DNA from: Spirogloea muscicola
Taxonomy: Eukaryota
Assembly: GCA_009602725.1 (NCBI GenBank)
Contig: WELB01000012.1
Span: 1,304,621-1,341,168 of the forward strand
Length of the DNA stretch: 36,548 nucleotides
Reading direction: 5' to 3'
Below the pieces are notes generated by a model. That model worked only from the letters and a program-made list of their open reading frames with translations. It was not told where the DNA came from and ran no database searches. This document shows positions 22,094 to 33,100 of the stretch, piece by piece. Each line of letters opens with the position of its first letter. The first letter of the stretch is position 1. A program made the translations under genes and the position numbers.

Positions 22094-23895
22094 TGTAAGG
22101 AACCTCGCCCCACACACGCAATTAGGGTGAGCAGTCCTTCTTGAGTTCGGCTGTAGGGGGTTTAGGGACCAACCCACTACACAGGCAAAGCACTAGCGCA
22201 TAGTCGCAACGGAAGACAGGCCCTGTGGCGCCGCCGTCCAGCGGCGACTCCACCTCCTGGGCGCAGGCCGGCACAGCAGGCCCCGCAGCAAGGTGCGGCG
22301 GCGGCTGCGGCGGCGAGCAGCGGCAAGGCTGCTCCTGGGTTTCACCGGTTCGAACTCCTTCGAGCCTCAGCTCCAAGGCTCTTCGTGCTTCCCCGTGCCA
22401 CCCCCCCTCCAGGGGTGTGAGCGGGTCGCCCCATGGCCTGCCAGGCGGCGGGCCAAAAATCCTCCCTTGAACGGGCGGATCCTAGCGAGGGGTATTTCAG
22501 GACGGGCGGGGCCCGCCTCTGGGCGGGCCGCTTGCCCGGCAAGCCAGCCCGCCACCTGGCGGGCCCACTTGTCCCAAATAGCCGGTTATGTAATGCCAGC
22601 CGAGCCATGTGGCTTAATCAAACGGCTGGTTCATTACATACCTCCCCACTCTGGTGTTCACATCCTCGGGAACAACGAGGAAACAGCCGACAGGTATTAA
22701 GATACCCGACGGCTGCTGCCTCTACCAAGCCTAGGAGAATGACCACCCTTGGCCAGGTATTCCCTGAGAGAATCTGGACAATTTGCCAAATTGGCCGCAG
22801 GCTCCCACGTGTTGTGCTCAGGCCCATACCCGAGCGACTTCACCAGATACTCACGGGTCTTACGCCCTCGAGGCTTGTCCCTGTGAGACAAGATCTCTTC
22901 CACCTCAAACTCAAGATCATCCTCGATGACTAGTGGAGGTAGGGGCGGTTGGACACGACCATCCGAAAGGAAGGCCCTCAGCTGAGACACATGGAAGACG
23001 TTATGGACCTTCCACTGCACCGGTGTCTTCGACTCGTAGGACACCTTGTCCACAAGGCGTACCATTGCAAATGGTCCAACCCACTTGGCCAGCAACTTGT
23101 GCGTACCCACAGCCCGCAAGGATAAGTGCTTCGTGCTCTGCAGCACTTGCGCACCAACATCGAAGGACACGTCCTTCCGATGTTTGTCAGCATAAGCCGA
23201 CTGGCGACTCTGGGCAATTTCCAAGAAATGCCGAGCTCGTCTCTGAGCCTCCAAGAGGGTCCCAGTAAAGGCTACTGCGACGGGAATACGTTCCGGCCTC
23301 CCCATCTGAAGTGGAGCTCGGGGATGCTGACCATAGTTGAGGAAGAATGGAGTCTCCTTTGTGGACGCATGATAGGCATTGTTCACAGGCATATTCAGCT
23401 GGAGCCAAGTAGTCATCCCAGTCAGTTTGGCTAGAATTGACAAAGTGCCTCAACATGTCCTCGAGAACTCGATTCATTCGCTTGCAGTTTGGCCATCCGT
23501 TTGTGGATGGAAGGCTGTGGGCATGGACTGCTTCGTGCTAATAAGCTTGCAGACTTCTTTCCAGAAGTGACCTGTAAAGCGAAGATCGCGGTCCGAGACC
23601 AGCCTCTCAAGTACTCCATGTAGCTTCCACACCTCATCCACAAAGATGCCAGCGAAATCCTTCGCTGATGCCCGCGTAGTAGTGGGAGCAAAATGCACCG
23701 TTTTACTCAGGCGATCCACGAGGACGACAATGGCATCATAGCCGTTCCGCGTCTTAGGCAATTGTGTGATAAAATCCACATTTACATCAGACCAATTCCG
23801 CTCCGGAATCTGCAAGGGCTGAAGTAAGCCGACAGGCTTGCCAGAGATTTCCTTACTACGCTGGCATGTGGCACAGCTTGCCACAAAAGCGCGCA
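22094..23895 (-). mobile_element. 3' part of a family-C chromovirus: integrase, chromodomain, PPT and 3' LTR (22094-22638)
   Basis: CATCQRSK, NVDFITQLP, VSDRD, NRVLEDMLR, GPF and chromodomain (ORFs 23474-23896 and 22697-23443). PPT at 22641-22652. LTR has TG...CA ends. Confidence 0.92.
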
Positions 23896-26480
23896 CCCCT
23901 CCCCACTTAGGTGTTCACGTCCTCGGGAACAAGGACAGGGGGGCCACAAACCCGAAGAGGTTACGTTCGACGAGGGCGTGTGGTACTACGACGCAAAGGG
24001 GAATGCCCTTCTGCAAGATACTTACGGAGAACGGCGCGACAACGGGCAAGATTGGCCGCCGGTTCCCAGGTTTTGTGCTCAGGTCCATAACCTAGCCACT
24101 TGACAAGATACTCTTGGGACTTGCGTCGCCCACGGAGTCTGTCGCGGTGAGACAAGATCTCCTCCACCTGAAACTCTTCCTCGTTCGCAAATACGAGAGG
24201 AGGTGGGGGCGGTTGGACACGACCATCCGAATGGAATGGTTCGAGCTGGGACACGTGGAATACCTTGTGGATTTTCCAGTGTACCGGTGTATCCAGCTCA
24301 TATGCGACCGGACCAATACGGCGCACTACACGAAAGGGTCCGACCCACTTCGGCAGCAACTTAAGCGTACCGACGGCCCGCATGGAGAGGTACTTTGTGC
24401 TCAAGAGCACCAGAGCACCCACGTCGAAGGATATATGTCGACGATGTCGATCAGCATACGCCTTTTGTCGTTGCTGGGCAATCTCCAAGCATTGCCTAGC
24501 CCTCCGCTGAGCTTCCAGGAGGTGACCGGTAAAGGTTGCTGCGGCGAACTCGCGTTCCGGCCTCCCCAACTTGTAAAGGTGCCCGGGGATGCTGACTGTA
24601 GTTAAGGAAGAAAGAGGTCTTCTTGGTGGACTCATGAAAGGCATTGTTCACAGCATATTCCGCTGGAGCAAGATACTTATCCCAATCGGTCTGGCCGGGA
24701 TTTACAAAGTGCCGTAACATGTCCTCCAAAACCCGGTTCATCCTTTCTGTCTGACCATCGGTTTGGGGGTGGAATGCCGTGAATAAATAAGGATTGCTTA
24801 GTGCCAATAAGCTTGCACACTTCACGCCAGAAGTGACCCGTGAAGCGAGGGTCGCGATCAGACACGATTCGCTCGGGCAATGCGTGCAATTTCCATACAC
24901 GGTCCACGCAGATACCAGCAAATTCCCGAGCGGACACTGTGGTTGTAACGTCCCCGCCGTTACGGGACGCTTAACTTCGAGTTAAGCGCTAACCACTGAC
25001 GCGCTCGCGACTGACGCGTGCAACGCGCGTGCGACAGCGCGAGAGCGCCGCGCAAGGTGTCGCGCGGTGTGACGCGCCTGCTGACCATGTGACGTGCAGG
25101 CGCGCCGCCTCCAGCTGAGGCGGCGAATCCTGGTCTTCCAGAGCGGAGGTTCTCGGCATATTCCTGATTCTGCCGTCGTGCCCGCAGTGACGTGTATGGG
25201 ACACGTGTCGCGCGCCTGTGACGCCGCGCCACACCCGTGACTCACTGGTGGCGCCGCAAGCCGGCGCCGCAGGGCGCCGCTCGGCGGCGCCGCAGGACGG
25301 CCGCCGCCTCCAGAAGGGAGCCGCGTGGTCTGCCCTCGCACTAGATTCCCCTTGTCGGGCCCCCCTTCCCGAAGGTGGGCCCTGAGACGAGCCTCCCAGA
25401 GACCCCTGGAGAGGTTGGCACATGAAGCACTATGAGTAGGGCTGAGAGCCGACTCGAAGGGAACTGGGTCAACCTCAGTGAAGCCCGCGAGAGAGAGGCG
25501 CAGCCCTGCTGCCGCCTGCTGCCGCAGCCCGCCGACGCAGCTCTGCTGCTGCCCGCTGCTGCAGCCCGTCGCCGCATTCCGTCGTCGGGATCTTCGACGG
25601 CTTTCTGTGAGTAAGACTGTGGCTGCTCCCTTGGCGACAGTCGCTGGCCCGTACCTGAGAGGTGAGTCGCTGCCTGTCGGCAGCGCCTCAGGGCGAGACT
25701 TCCGCTGCGTATCACACGTGGTGCTTTCACTGTGCTGGGGGTTTGTCTCTAAATCCCAGCGACCGAAACCAAAGAGGACGTACTGACCCCCGACTGTACT
25801 GTTAAGGGTCAGGGCCGTCACAGTGGTGGTCGTAGGCGCAAAATGCACCATATTACTTAGACGATCCACAAACACGACAATGGCATCGTAGCCGTTTCGC
25901 GTCTTGGGGAGTTGGGTGATGAAATCCACACTGACCAGTTCCGCGGATAAACTGTCAAAAATTGGAGCAATCCGGCGTGTGAGAGCTTGCCTTACTACGC
26001 TGGCAGGTGGCGCAAGTCTTCACAAATGACTGTACCTGGGCTTTCAAGCCGGGCCACCAAACGAGAAGCTAAATGACTTTCTTTGTGTTCCCCATACCTA
26101 AGTGACCTCTATAGGGTGGCTCATGCATCTCTTGCACGATAGTACTTCATAGGGCATTGCAGTCAGGAACTACAATGGCGTCCCCTTGCCAAAGTCTTGG
26201 TCAGAAGCTAGTGTGCGTGTATTGTTTGCATCTGCAGACCACGGGTCGTTGCTATACCCATCACGAATACGCACATACAGCTCATGAGGGTTGGCGGTGG
26301 ACTGCCGAGCAGCTCCACAAGTAGGCCGCACGTCTGCGGTCCGAACCCCTGATGCGTGCAAGACGCATCAGGGGACACCTCCGCGCGGCGCTCTCGCGCG
26401 TCGCACGCGTCAGTCGCGAGCGCGTCAGTGGTTAGCGCTTAACTCGAAGGTAAGCGTCCCGTAACGGCGGGGACGTCACA
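23896..26480 (-). mobile_element. Deleted family-A chromovirus: PPT, chromodomain, integrase and 5' LTR remnant (26375-26480)
   Basis: Highly similar to 3221-4620. Lacks the 3' LTR and all of gag-RT-RH. Confidence 0.88.
24944..25822 (+). mobile_element. Solo LTR family A inserted antisense into a family-A integrase
   Basis: tgtaacgtcccc...gggccgtcaca, 879 bp. Perfect TSD GTGGT (24939-24943 and 25823-25827). It splits the FAPTTTTVSA codons. Confidence 0.95.
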
Positions 26481-27033
26481 GCAGGGCTGCGCGCCTCTCT
26501 CTCGCGTGGGCTTTGCTGACATGGACCCGGTGCCCTGAGGCTGGTCTCAGCCCTACTTGTAGTGCTTCATGTGCCACCCTCCCCAGGGGTCTCTGGGAGG
26601 CTTGCTTCAAGGTCCACCCTCGACAAGGCGGGCCCAACAAGGGGGTTACGATCGTGAGGGCGGCGGCGCCGCCATGTGCGGCGTGAAGCCGCCCTGCGCG
26701 TGGCTGCGCCGCCAGGCGCGTCAGAGCGCCACACGCGTCACAAGCATGTCACAACGAGTCCGGCGGCACCGCCGGGTAGCCGGCGGTGCGGCAGCCATGC
26801 GCAGGCCGCACCGGGGGTGCGGCGGCGACACGGCGGTGATACGGCGGCCGCTCCGGCGGCGCGGCGGCCATGCNGCCCGGCGGCCACGCGGCGGCAGATC
26901 CGGCGAGCCGCGGCGCGCCGCGCGTCACTGTCGCGCGACGCCCACGTGTCGCACGCCAACGATAGTGGGGCCGTCACTACGCGTTAGCGTTTAACCCAGG
27001 GTTAAATAGCACGTAACGGCTGGGGACGTTACA
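26481..27033 (-). repeat. Partial LTR, A-related subfamily with divergent U3
   Basis: Shares gtagtgcttcatgtgccaccctccccaggggtctctgggag with LTR A and ends cgtaacggctggggacgttaca. Confidence 0.75.
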
Positions 27034-27345
27034 GGAGATGTTGAGCATAGACCTGACTGGAGGTCGTAGGTGAGTGAAGCTCTGAGAGAGGCGCAGCCCT
27101 GCTGCTGCCTGCTGCGGGAGGCTGCTGTTGCACGAATCGCTCGCCGAGGGTTCCATGGCGTCGCCTTAGGCATGTTAGCGGCAGTGTCAGACGGCAAAGC
27201 CGCTGCTGCCTAGCGGCGTTGTTACGGGCTAATAGACTTCCGCTGTGCTCGAGTGCTTCCTCGGGGATGGTGAATATCGTCATACCACCCAAGCACTCAC
27301 CCAACAAGGACGCACTCAGCCTGAGAGGTAGGGACCCAACGCAAC
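27034..27345 (+). repeat. Distal part of an older, related LTR
   Basis: gagagaggcgcagccctgctgctgcc, gacttccgctg and aggacgcact blocks appear in LTR order, ending cgcaaca. Confidence 0.55.
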
Positions 27346-28239
27346 AGTAGTCATGGCAACTCTTGTCTGGTCGCTAGCTACTCCATTGTAGCTGCATGCT
27401 TGACGCTTTCCAGCACCTTCAGACACTGTCCATCCCGCTTTGGGCTGACCTTTACAGCTACTGCCACATCGGCAACAGCTTCTTCTTCCACTCCCTTCCT
27501 TTCAGTCTCGCTTCAGCACTGCCACGATCCTGCAGTGCACTTGCGGGCATGCTGCACATTGGCTGCTGCTTCTGCTTATTCCCGTGGTCAAATCAAACCT
27601 CTCCGCTGCAAGCTACCCTGACTTGCAGCTATTGTCTAAGAAACGTTGCGTTTCCATATGTTGTAGCCACTTGCGTAGCTGTGTGCTTCAGCTCTTTCTG
27701 GCCCCTTCAAATGTCTCCAACGATTTAACCTGGCCTTTCATTATATTGGCCCGTCTTAGGGCTATAGGTGTGGGTCGCTTGATCCCAACCCTCTCTTGTG
27801 GACGCTCTCGGGCGCAGTTGACGTTTGCGATCCTGCCAATTTGGCCAGCTTTTGCAGCCTATCTGCGACATGGCGGACTTGTAGTCGCCCAACAAGTGGC
27901 ATACGCAATAGGGATTGAAAGCTCGGTCATTGAGCACCTAACAGTACTGTTATTGCCCTCATGACCTTGAGACACTTGCAGATGATTCCTCACAGAAGCT
28001 TAATGACATGGCCGTTAGCCTCGTGCCATGCAAATACGTGCCATCCCTGGCTATAGTGCGCTTGTCGCTTTTCATCGGTTCAGGCTCGTCTAGGTTGTCA
28101 AGGAAGATTCTTGCGTTATGCGTGGCCTCAAAGCTCCCCGCGGCATGCCTCGGACGCTCCCGGCGGCATGAACGGCCTCTGACGCTTCCGACGGCATTTT
28201 AAGGTCCCGTCACCACTAGGAAGGACTGCGACATCCTTG

Positions 28240-28423
28240 GCAGGCACGCTCCTCACGAGGCGGTCCTTTGCCCCGGCCAGAGGACCCGCTACCAGGAGAC
28301 CAGTTTCTCCGACCTGCGGCTGACCAACGGGCCTTACTGAATGCTTCGTAGCTACTTGAATCCCTGTGTGCGTCAGCGCTTTCCCTGGCCACGTCGAGCT
28401 TTGTCCATTTTTCTGGGCTGGTC
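28240..28423 (+). mobile_element. Degenerate CRE-like 3' end (continues at ~28953-29000)
   Basis: GQRTRYQETSFSDLRLTNGPY* aligns with GQGTRFQEPSLSDLRLLSRGY* of the 20413 copy. The 3' UTR ttttctgggctgg is shared. Confidence 0.65.
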
Positions 28424-28952
28424 TGTAAGGAACCTCGCCCTACACACGCAGTTAGGGTGAGCAGTCCTTCTTGAGTTCGGCTGTAGGGGTTTAGGGACCA
28501 ACCCACTACACAGGCAAAGCACTAGCGCATAGGCGCAGCGGAAGACAGGCCCTGTGGCGCCGCCGTCCGGCGGCGACTCCACCTCCTGGGCGCAGGCCGG
28601 CGCAGCAGGCCCTGCAGCAAGGTGCGGCGGCGGCTGCGGCGGCGAGCAGCGGCAAGGCTGCTCCTGGGCTTCACCGGCTCGAACTCCCCTCGAGCCTCAG
28701 CCTCCAAGGCTCTTCGTGCTTCCCCGTGCCACCTCCCCTCCAGGGGTGTGAGCGGGTCGCCCCAAGGCCTGCCCTTGCGGGCGGGCCAAGATCCTCCCTT
28801 GAACGGGCGGATCCTAGCGAGGGTATTTCTGGACGGGCGGGCCACTTGCCCGGCAAGCCAGCCCGCCACCTGGCGGGCCCACTTGTCCCAAATAGCCGGT
28901 CATGTAATGCCAACAGAGCCATGCGGCTTAACCAAATGGCCGGTTCATAACA
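28424..28952 (-). mobile_element. Solo LTR family C inserted in the CRE-like 3' UTR
   Basis: tgtaaggaacc...ttcataaca. Flanks tggtc and tggct form an imperfect TSD. No PBS or PPT adjacent. Confidence 0.85.
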
Positions 28953-29019
28953 TGGCTTCTCACCGCCACCGCCCTCTCCTGGAAGCGTCCTTTTCCCTCT
29001 GGGGCGACCTACCCCCCCC

Positions 29020-29455
29020 AGACCACCCGGGAGGGCGGGTGGCACGTAAAAGCACTGGCTATATAGAGCGCAGAGAGCTTATCAGATGTCGAGTCGGCGA
29101 AGCTCTGAGATAGGCGCGGCCATGCTGCTACTTGTGGTGCCAGCTCGCGGGCGCAGCCCTGCTCCTTCTGCTCCTGCTTGCTGCCACATCCCCCCAGCCG
29201 CCCATTTCTGCATCTCGTGATTGGTTACCACAGAGTGTCCGTAGCTGCGACCTGCGGGGGCAGTTGCTGGCTTGTGCCTGAGAGGTGGAGTCACAGCCTC
29301 ACGGCAGCGCCCCAGGGCAAGGTATCCGGCTGCCGAATATTGTGGTTCCTAACCATGTGAAGTTTCGCCGTGAAGGCTGCTGCTGCTACATGACCGAGTC
29401 TAATGAGGAGGAGATTCTGATCCCTACCTTGCTATATTAGGGTAGTCCGGCATGA
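29020..29455 (+). repeat. Old degenerate A-like LTR fragment
   Basis: cctgagaggtggagtcacagcctcacggcagcgccccagggcaag aligns with 25654-25700, and the flanking blocks are in the same order. Confidence 0.55.
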
Positions 29456-30167
29456 TCGAGGTCGACGAACCTGAGTCCAATCCTACGCATGATTCGATAA
29501 AGCCCCTTCATATGATAGTCATCCGCACTGGTGAGATTGCAGCGTTGCTTACATACTGTGTTAGGCTAATCACTCTGAAAGGCCAAGGGCATCTTGGCAA
29601 TATTTGGCACGACTACTATTAGCCAAGCTACGTCTCGTAAGCTCTCCGCCAGGTGGAGCTTCCGTGAGGGTCACTGCCATTAGCTTCTCTCGTGCCAGCG
29701 ACATACTCTTCATTGCAGTGCTTGTTTGCAACCTTCTAAGACGCAAGGAAGCGGACCATTAATCATTCATTTGCCGGCCTGATAGTAGGCAAGCATCTGT
29801 CGAGGCCACCTTCTCACCTTCTCACAGCCTCGACGATCCGACCATGGACATCCCTCCTAGACATCAACACACGTGGCTCTGCCTGCTACAGTACTTCCAA
29901 TGTTCAGTTACTTATCTGCTCTTCGTCCCATGGGTGTTGTATGGCACTCTATCTCCCTGTTGCAGGTCATGATCATGATCAAACACCTCCTCGATACCCT
30001 CCCAAATAAATGAGAAAGTTGCACTTTTTTGACCTATGCAACTCACACATCAATGCCTAAGCATCGATGCAAGCAAACCTTTTCGAATGCAAAAGCGCCT
30101 TCATTCATAGTGCATGTCTTCCAATAAGACCAGATGTACGAGAGTACCCACAAGAGTAATGAATTTT

Positions 30168-33100
30168 TTAAGAAGTTGAGTAATCTAAACCCGGAATTTT
30201 CTGCAAGCATTCATAGAATCTATCCATATCGATGCGAGCTTGAGTTCCAATACCATGTTGGGCTCTCTCCACAAGTTCCATCAATCGTTTGATGGGCATC
30301 TGAGAAATCATAGCATGCATGGCAAACAATATGGCATCAATAATACGCAGTGGTTGCATTGGATGATCAGGAATGATGCATAGTGTCGTGGAAAAGAATG
30401 CATGGCAGAATGCCAGAAGCAAATGCAGAGGTTGTCAGTGACAAGAGATTTGTGGCAAAAGGGAGCAATTGTGACCAGCTAAGTGCGGAGCTCCTATGGG
30501 GCTCCTTGCGAGAGCTCACCTTGGATGGCAAGGCTGCCACAGCTGCATTGACATCGTCTATTGAGTCGAATGCATCCAGATCTACAAGAACCTGCGCAGC
30601 AAAAAGTAATCAACCATGTAGATGTTGATAGGGTCAACGTTGCAAGCTCCCAGTCAGGACTATTTTCTCCTATTCAGAGCTATCTAATTAGCGTGACAAC
30701 GTCTAGTTCGTGCTACAAGCACAATCATTTACCTTTCTACTTTCAGAAGTATGCAGTGCAGGTACGTTGATGGATTCCTGGAAGGCTGTGACAAGCTCCA
30801 TGTCCTCCATCAAGTCAAGCTTGCTCGTGGTTGCAACCACAAGAAGCTTGCGACCCTACCGAAAGTGCAGATACATCGAGCCAGAAACACAGTTTTCCCC
30901 GCACAGCAAGCAGTCAGTAACTTGAGTGAGGGCTAATTGCAAAGGCTAGGAGGCTTCAAATATTTGCAACTTAAGGTGAGACACAGCCTTCGGATATTAT
31001 GAGCCCTTGCTGGTGCACAAAAGGATATGCGAGATACTACGATCTCTCGTATCGAAGCACGTGCTATGCTTGTATACCTGTGGTGGAGGGCTTGTAAGTA
31101 ACTGAAAGAGTGTCTGCAATATCAGGTTTGAAAAGCGTGGTCCAATTCCCACATACTCCAGCAACCTGCACAATACTCGGAGGCGCTTCTGAATGGGACC
31201 AGGAAGCCTTGCCAACAAGGAGCTGCTCAACAGGAAAAGAAAATTCCCCAAGAGCGCAGTGCAAGGTCGCGTTACCTCTCAACGTCATCAAGGATGATGA
31301 TGCTAAGACTTGACTTGTATGCATCCTCGAAGATCTGTAGCACTTGGGCAATATAAAAACGGACGCAGTGTGTCAAGGCACACGCCGGCAGGCTTGACCA
31401 GCGTTAGTCCTTACAGTGGCCCCCAAGGTGGTACTCATGGCTTTAAGGGGCCTACTACTATGTTTGCACAGCCACAGCTTTCCCCAAGGGCTACAACTGA
31501 ACAACCTCATCTCAATTATACACCACCATGATACTGCGGAAGATGCGGATTGAAAGGTGTCTTACACATCTTGCTCTTCAACCTGGAAGCAAAGTCACCT
31601 TCCGACAAGTCGACAAAGGAAACGGTCGAGAAGGACACACATGAGCTACCATGATGTTGGCGTTCAGGGGTCCAGAGGTTCATCATCCAGCTCACCTTGA
31701 TCATGGCTGCACACTTCGCTGGCTCGGAATATCCTTTCATGATGTTGGAACTCACCTGCCATGTTCGATGACCTCAGTATCAGGACTGCATACTGCATAA
31801 ATGCACTTACATCGACGGCTCTCCGAGCATCACACTACCTCTCAAACACAACCTGCACACTTACAATTCGGACAAACGGGAAGTTGCTATCGATGGCGAC
31901 CGATGCTGCAAGGGCTGTTTTGCCACTGCACAGCAGGGCAATGCAATCAGGAGAACATGCTTCAGTTGGTCATGCACGCACAAAGTAGAGTCTAGCAAGG
32001 CACTTGTAAGCAGGTGTACAAAGACAAAGACACTGGCAAAACACCATGAAGATCTATCATGCTTGCCTGCCTCCTGGGCCTTCAAGAAGGACAGTGTGAA
32101 GTGGTTTCGATTCCTCTCTGCTGACAAGATCAACTCGACTCCTGGCTGCTGCCCTTGCGTCCCGGTGACGTGAGCCACAGTCAAGCATCCCATACAGTCT
32201 GCACATCAGTGGCGAGCTCAAATTCATCATTCGCAAAGCAGAAGTCAGCAACATCGGCAACTGGCTTTCAGTTGACCACCCCGTGCTGCATGGCCACGGG
32301 GACATTGGGAGTATAGAGAGTGGTCATATTGTGTCGTGACATCAACAGAGACAGCTCACAAGTCGTGGTCGGCAATATGTGCACTTCCGCTTGAGTGTGA
32401 TTATGAGTGGCAAGCTTCTTGATCAATGAGATGCTAGTCATGTGCTTGCCAAGCCCATTTGCGAGGGAATGCAAAAGCCCACAATCAATGCATACCTGCA
32501 CATCTCAAGGACGTCAATTGCTGCTCCAAATGCCGGCTGCACCTCTTGGAGAGCGTTCTCAAAGTCCCCCATGGTAACCTTGATCGCATCCTCGTCTCCA
32601 AGGGGCTGGGTCAGGTCATTGAAGTTTACCTGCCGATTAAGAGCAAAAGATGCTGCACTCCGCACCAAGCCCTCAAGTTCAGCTCCACTGAAATTCTTGG
32701 TCCTGAATGCTGCAGCAAGCGTTTGTATGATTAGAGCCCTGCTGGCTTGTCAACTTCCTCAGAATGAGGCCGCTAGCATCAGTCGCGATCACACTGTTAG
32801 AAGGAGAGGTGTTGCATGGTGGACATTACAAGATGGCATGATGATTGTCCTCACCAAGTACAGCGAGGTCCACATCCTCTGCCAAGGACTCCTTCTCCCG
32901 CATCTGTTTTGTGTGAATCTGCAGAATCTGTAAACGGCCTTTTTCATCTGGAAGTCCTATCTCCACCTGTACCTCCAAACGCCCAGGTCTGCAGGTGATC
33001 ACACTTGCTGTTTTGTCAAGCAAGCAGTCACTATGGAGTACAGGACAGGCTCACTTTCCAAAGACTGTCCGTGGCAGCAAGGGTTTCGAGGTCATTCGCG

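Noticed and set aside
24982..25929. 315-aa ORF fusing integrase to novel sequence (similar ORFs at 2390-3175 and 8693-9259)
   Set aside because: It is read-through from broken integrase into the antisense strand of GC-rich LTR A. The frame differs between LTR copies, so it is not a conserved protein.
29460..30167. Possible gene or ncRNA between the TE nest and NSF
   Set aside because: No ORF or recognisable RNA motif. It is probably the NSF 3' UTR plus decayed sequence.
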